IMG/VR virus record: IMGVR_UViG_2657245648_000004
Source: an uncultured virus (IMG/VR IMGVR_UViG_2657245648_000004)
Taxonomy: Duplodnaviria; Heunggongvirae; Uroviricota; Caudoviricetes
DNA: 64,000 nucleotides
Reading direction: 5' to 3' (one strand)
The notes under the pieces: model-generated
Told to the model about the DNA's origin: nothing
Seen by the model: only the letters and a program-made list of their open reading frames with translations
Database searches by the model: none
Shown: one piece after another, positions 59,994 through 64,000 of the stretch
Numbering within the stretch: position 1 is the first letter of the stretch
Layout of the letters: every line of letters begins with the position of its first letter
Position numbers and translations under genes: made by a program

Positions 59994-60791
59994 TTAAAGT
60001 TTAATACCATGTTTTGCCGCTAGCTCTTTAGCTAGTTGCGGGTTTTCATTTCGTAATTGCGCCAATTTGGTCATGTTTACCGTGCCATCTGCTTTTAAGA
60101 TGTCAGGCTGACCTTTTGAGTTGTTGCTACCTGGTGCACCCATACCATTTGGTTTTGGCCAGTAATACGGCTTCTGCTCACGTAGAGACTCAACCCACTC
60201 TTTTGGCGATAATGCTGTCTGGCCATCTTTGCCAATAATCACTTCGCCGTTTTCATCAACAGCAACCGCTTTGCCGTTTTCATCTAATGCAAACTTTGAT
60301 TTAGCTAAAAACGCAATGTCACCTGTTGCTTCAGGTAATGCTTCAAGCTCTACAGCTGCTTGAACGATTTGTCCCTGAATTACTGATTCCTTAAACTTAT
60401 TTGCATAAGCTTCTGCTTTGTCAGCTCGGTCTTTTTCGACTTTAAGTACCCGTTCATGTTCTTCACGCATCTTCTCGGTACGTTTCTGAATCACTTCGGT
60501 AATCTTGCCTTCAGCGATTAATTTGGCTTCTTCATCCTGATCAATCTGAGAGAAGACCTTTTTAACAATTTCAGGATCAATACCTTCAAATTGTTTTTGA
60601 AGTTCCTGAAGTTGGCGATTTGCAGTTCTTGCGGCCTCTCGCTCGCTTTGAAGTGCAGATTTCAAACCTTTTGGATCTTCGTAACCTTCTAGGTCAAGGC
60701 GAAACTTCCCGTTTTCCTCGACATATAAAGCGCGGTGCTCTTCTTTGATGGCATCAAGTGAATCAACAATAAATGGCAATGACATGTTCAA
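59994..60791 (-). CDS. Capsid scaffolding protein, prophage 2
   Basis: GLKSALQSER coiled coil; upstream of MCP. Confidence 0.78.
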   Translation of the reverse strand: MNMSLPFIVDSLDAIKEEHRALYVEENGKFRLDLEGYEDPKGLKSALQSEREAARTANRQLQELQKQFEGIDPEIVKKVFSQIDQDEEAKLIAEGKITEVIQKRTEKMREEHERVLKVEKDRADKAEAYANKFKESVIQGQIVQAAVELEALPEATGDIAFLAKSKFALDENGKAVAVDENGEVIIGKDGQTALSPKEWVESLREQKPYYWPKPNGMGAPGSNNSKGQPDILKADGTVNMTKLAQLRNENPQLAKELAAKHGIKL

Positions 60792-60874
60792 ACCTCTCGT
60801 TTGATTTGGGATAAAGCCTTATCTCAAGGCATTAAAAAAGCGCCCCTTAGGACGCTGTATTTCGATTAATAAAG

Positions 60875-61495
60875 TTATGCGATGTTAAAACCTTCAACAC
60901 CACGCTTCTGACGATTTCGGGTACGTTGCTCTAGCCACATTTGGCCTTGCTCAATATTAGTAATAGCAAGTGAATTTTCACGGCAAGGAAACTTTTCATT
61001 AAGAACACGTAATCGATGTAAAACAATCGCAATTAAAGCTTCATTCGTGATGCCATTAACTCCAACTTCCTTAACTGGACCAAGTTGGAATTGAATTGGA
61101 GTAAGTGAGTCTCCAGCTACGACATCATAGAAATGACCTGGTTCAAGAGACTGCTCATCGTCTCGGGTTTTAACGGTTTCGTTATGGAAAACCGTTACTT
61201 CGTTATCATCTTTATGGATTTCACGGCCCATTACACAATTTTGAAAACCATCTGGTTGATATGAATGTTCAAAAACATCCTTTGGTGACCAAGAAATATA
61301 ACCTTCATGATCAGGATGATTAGCTTTGCCGCCATCTTTATATTCGATTAAATAACCAGGATCACTTGGGTCTTCATTTTCAGGGATTTGCCACCCTTGG
61401 TATTCATTGTATTCACCACGCGTCATGGGCGTTGCTAAAACTGACTTAGTACCAATGTATGCAACCATTGATAATGCTAATAACTTCTTAGACAT
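60875..61495 (-). CDS. Two-domain protein: YIGTK/SWSPK domain fused to a Tad1-like nucleotide-signal sponge
   Basis: C-half IQFQ.GP....GVNG...LIAIV.HRL....FPCRENSLAIT.IE...MWL..RT..R..RGVEG matches the recalled Tad1 pattern. Confidence 0.75.
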   Translation of the reverse strand: MSKKLLALSMVAYIGTKSVLATPMTRGEYNEYQGWQIPENEDPSDPGYLIEYKDGGKANHPDHEGYISWSPKDVFEHSYQPDGFQNCVMGREIHKDDNEVTVFHNETVKTRDDEQSLEPGHFYDVVAGDSLTPIQFQLGPVKEVGVNGITNEALIAIVLHRLRVLNEKFPCRENSLAITNIEQGQMWLEQRTRNRQKRGVEGFNIA

Positions 61496-61567
61496 TTTTT
61501 ATACTCACAAAAAAAGCACCTCTAGGCGCTAGTTAAATTTATTTAAAGCTCAAAACATCAAAGAAAA

Positions 61568-62080
61568 TTAAAGGTTTTCAATCAGTTCAATAAGCTTATT
61601 ATTTACTGAATCTTGTACTTTATTGTTTAAACGAGGAGCTTTCAAAAGTGAGGTCAATACTTCAATAGAATGAAGATTTGCATTATGAGCATCATAAGTG
61701 TTAACACCTGCACCTGTGACAGTTATATGGGATCCCAAGCTTTCAATTTTTGGTGATTCAACTGCTTTAAGTGATGGCTCATCTAAATTCTGGCCAACCT
61801 CAACCGCTTCACCTTCGATTACTTGTGGCTCTGAAGGTGGTTCAATAATTTCAAATCCGAGCTGTTTTAAGTTTTCAATGGCAGCTGTAAGTGCAAATGG
61901 ATTGTAATCACCAACTGGTGAGTCTTCAGGAATCAAATACTCGCCGTTTACTTGCACTCCAGAGTGAAGTTTTAAGATGCATATAATGCGTTTAGGTAAT
62001 GCATCTGGTGATGGCTGGTCCACATTGAAATATTCAACATTTTGCACTAACTCTTGAAGGGTTTGCGGTTGCTTTGTCAT
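61568..62080 (-). CDS. Protein with divergent Gp49/Acb4-like N-terminal domain
   Basis: V.NVEY..IICILKLHSGVQVNGE..A...AIENL..L.F. Confidence 0.5.
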   Translation of the reverse strand: MTKQPQTLQELVQNVEYFNVDQPSPDALPKRIICILKLHSGVQVNGEYLIPEDSPVGDYNPFALTAAIENLKQLGFEIIEPPSEPQVIEGEAVEVGQNLDEPSLKAVESPKIESLGSHITVTGAGVNTYDAHNANLHSIEVLTSLLKAPRLNNKVQDSVNNKLIELIENL

Positions 62081-62272
62081 GATGACCTCACATAAAAAAA
62101 GCACCCGAAGGTGCTATGGTTGAAGTTTTTTAGCGTTTCCGCTTTAAGTAATCTTTAAAATGTTTTTTTCTTTGCCAGTAGATAAGCCCACTGACAATTA
62201 AAATTGATACAAAGATAAATTCTGGACTAATACTCATAATCCTTACCTATTAAAAATCTACATAAACTTTCG

Positions 62273-62503
62273 CTACGTTTCCTTTACTTGAGTTGGTCTT
62301 GGCTCATCGCTTACCAAGCGAATACCATTAACACCATAAGCTTCGAAAGTTACTGTTATTGTGGCTGGTCCATCACTAGCATTACTGTTCATCTGTACTG
62401 CTCTTTGACCAGCTAATGGCAAACCAGTTTCTTCATCACAAATAACTAAGTAACCTTTTAAGGTTGGGTGACGCTTAAGCACTAAATGTCTTGATTCACT
62501 CAT
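62273..62503 (-). CDS. Conserved hypothetical protein
   Basis: Homologue of 12604-12840. Confidence 0.75.
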   Translation of the reverse strand: MSESRHLVLKRHPTLKGYLVICDEETGLPLAGQRAVQMNSNASDGPATITVTFEAYGVNGIRLVSDEPRPTQVKET

Positions 62504-63606
62504 AAGCCCAAATCCTTAAATATTTGTTCATCTAACATTCGAAGTTGGTCCAGTGTATAAAGTCTCCCATCTGGATCGAAGAACTTATCAAATTCAAATT
62601 TCCCTTCTTTAAAGAGCTTGAAACGCTTAGGCCCTAACCATTCTTTCTGAAAGAAGTCATCTGTCTTCTTAAAGAACTCTTTAAATGTTGTATTTGCATC
62701 CAGTTGGCCGATAAGTTGGCTTCTCTCGTCCTTAGGGATGTCTTTAACTCTTCGCTCATCCATCACAAATGGGCGCTCTCCCACTAATCGCCCATCTTTC
62801 TCAACTGGTACTAAGATGCTGCGACAATTAGGATGTAACGGCGGTATCCGTTTTGCTGGGTCGTTTATTTCCCAAACGGTACCATCCAGTGAGGCGCAAA
62901 GTTTTGATGTTCTACCATCCAACGTTGCAACCAATCGAACATATTCAAAGCCTATCTGGTTGAAGCTATTTAGATATGCTTGATTGGCTACATGACTTCT
63001 AACCGTTCTTACCGTCCGATCGATATCAGACTTACTGCTGGTTAAGATGCCATCTTCATAATTGAGGCGCTTAGTCCCACCAATGCGCTGAACAATTTCT
63101 TGATTCGTTTTACCTGAGCTAATCCCATCTCGAATAGCATATTCAACCTTTTGACGGGCGCTTTCAGCCAACTTAGTTAAAAGGTCATCGACCAAGGCTC
63201 CGCCAACTAAAGGAACCTTTTTAGCCGCCTTATAAAGCTTGTCACCATTAGGCTGTTTAATCTTTCCGCCGTACAACTTCGCTGTGTAATTAGCCTCATA
63301 TACCGCTAATGCTGTAGCTGAAACAGCAAATGCTTCAGGTAATGAAGTATTTATTACCGTAAACCACTGAGAGATTAGGTCCCGAATCTCTTTGAGGTTT
63401 GTAGTTGTATATTGACCACTAGCAAGTGCTGCTTTTTCAGAATCACTCAACTCATCTAACAAATCTCTAAGTTTTGCCAGCATTACAGCCGATTCATCAT
63501 GAAAAATCTTTAGTAAATCATTCACTGACTGAGAAGAAACCCGGTATAAATAAGCCTGGTGTTGTGTAAGCACTTCAATCAATGATTTTTCGATATTTGA
63601 AGCCAT
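62500..63606 (-). CDS. Head morphogenesis protein, prophage 2
   Basis: PPLHPNCRS; homologue of 13376-14479. Confidence 0.9.
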   Translation of the reverse strand: MASNIEKSLIEVLTQHQAYLYRVSSQSVNDLLKIFHDESAVMLAKLRDLLDELSDSEKAALASGQYTTTNLKEIRDLISQWFTVINTSLPEAFAVSATALAVYEANYTAKLYGGKIKQPNGDKLYKAAKKVPLVGGALVDDLLTKLAESARQKVEYAIRDGISSGKTNQEIVQRIGGTKRLNYEDGILTSSKSDIDRTVRTVRSHVANQAYLNSFNQIGFEYVRLVATLDGRTSKLCASLDGTVWEINDPAKRIPPLHPNCRSILVPVEKDGRLVGERPFVMDERRVKDIPKDERSQLIGQLDANTTFKEFFKKTDDFFQKEWLGPKRFKLFKEGKFEFDKFFDPDGRLYTLDQLRMLDEQIFKDLGL

Positions 63607-63614
63607 TTAACACC

Positions 63615-64000
63615 TCATAGTGGACCGCTATCCTTCTCACTTTCTATCCGCTTTAACTCTTCCTGATAATCATGACCAGGTAATTTTCCTGTAGCGATAT
63701 ACTCCCAATATGTTTGGAATGAATTTTTTCCAGAAATAGCACCCTCATAAAGTTGCTTGGCCAAATTAATGTCATATTTCTGAACAATAAATTCAGGCTC
63801 TACAGTAAAGGTGTATTTTGAAGGATCTAGCTTTAGCCACTGTGCAGCATATTTAATAGCTTGCTCAATTGCTTCAGCTGCACACATTACAATGCTGTGC
63901 AAACTCGCATGCTGGTCATCCTGACGTGCACGGCGAGCTTCACCTGATTCTTGAGTATTGGTATCGATAACTTTTGCACCTGCTTCAAGTGCTGCGTTCT
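63615..64000 (-). CDS. Portal protein C-terminus, prophage 2 (partial)
   Basis: Synteny; LAKQLYEGAISGKNSF resembles LARQLFEAALQGRSSF of portal 1. Confidence 0.75.
   Translation of the reverse strand, partial: NAALEAGAKVIDTNTQESGEARRARQDDQHASLHSIVMCAAEAIEQAIKYAAQWLKLDPSKYTFTVEPEFIVQKYDINLAKQLYEGAISGKNSFQTYWEYIATGKLPGHDYQEELKRIESEKDSGPL

Noticed and set aside
1..64000. Simple assembly duplication of one phage
   Set aside because: The copies differ in capsid, scaffold, TMP middle and accessory genes and show many synonymous changes; long-read confirmation is still advisable

Overview
AT-rich window made of two related but mosaic lambda-like siphoviral prophages in tandem. The gene content resembles Acinetobacter prophages; this host assignment is from recall and was not searched. 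Left prophage (1-~35.8 kb): tape measure, tail, neck, head and terminase genes, a Dam-type methyltransferase, two Q-like late-control modules, DnaB/O replication genes, cro/cI immunity, and the early-left operon ending in an AlpA excisionase. An attP-like junction with both arm-repeat sets (~35.74-35.99 kb) separates it from the right prophage (integrase, lysis, tail tip, tape measure, tail, neck, head, partial portal). The most notable item is a variable slot between the head-morphogenesis and scaffold genes. In the right prophage it holds a Tad1-like sponge fused to an uncharacterised domain plus a divergent Acb4/Gp49-like protein; in the left prophage it holds a small helical-hairpin protein. 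Other points: two structured ncRNA candidates, three pR'-like promoters, lambda-type GGGAAAG frameshifts, hicAB plus lipoprotein cassettes, and heptad xAD loops in tail-tip proteins. All family calls come from motif recognition and synteny, not database searches.
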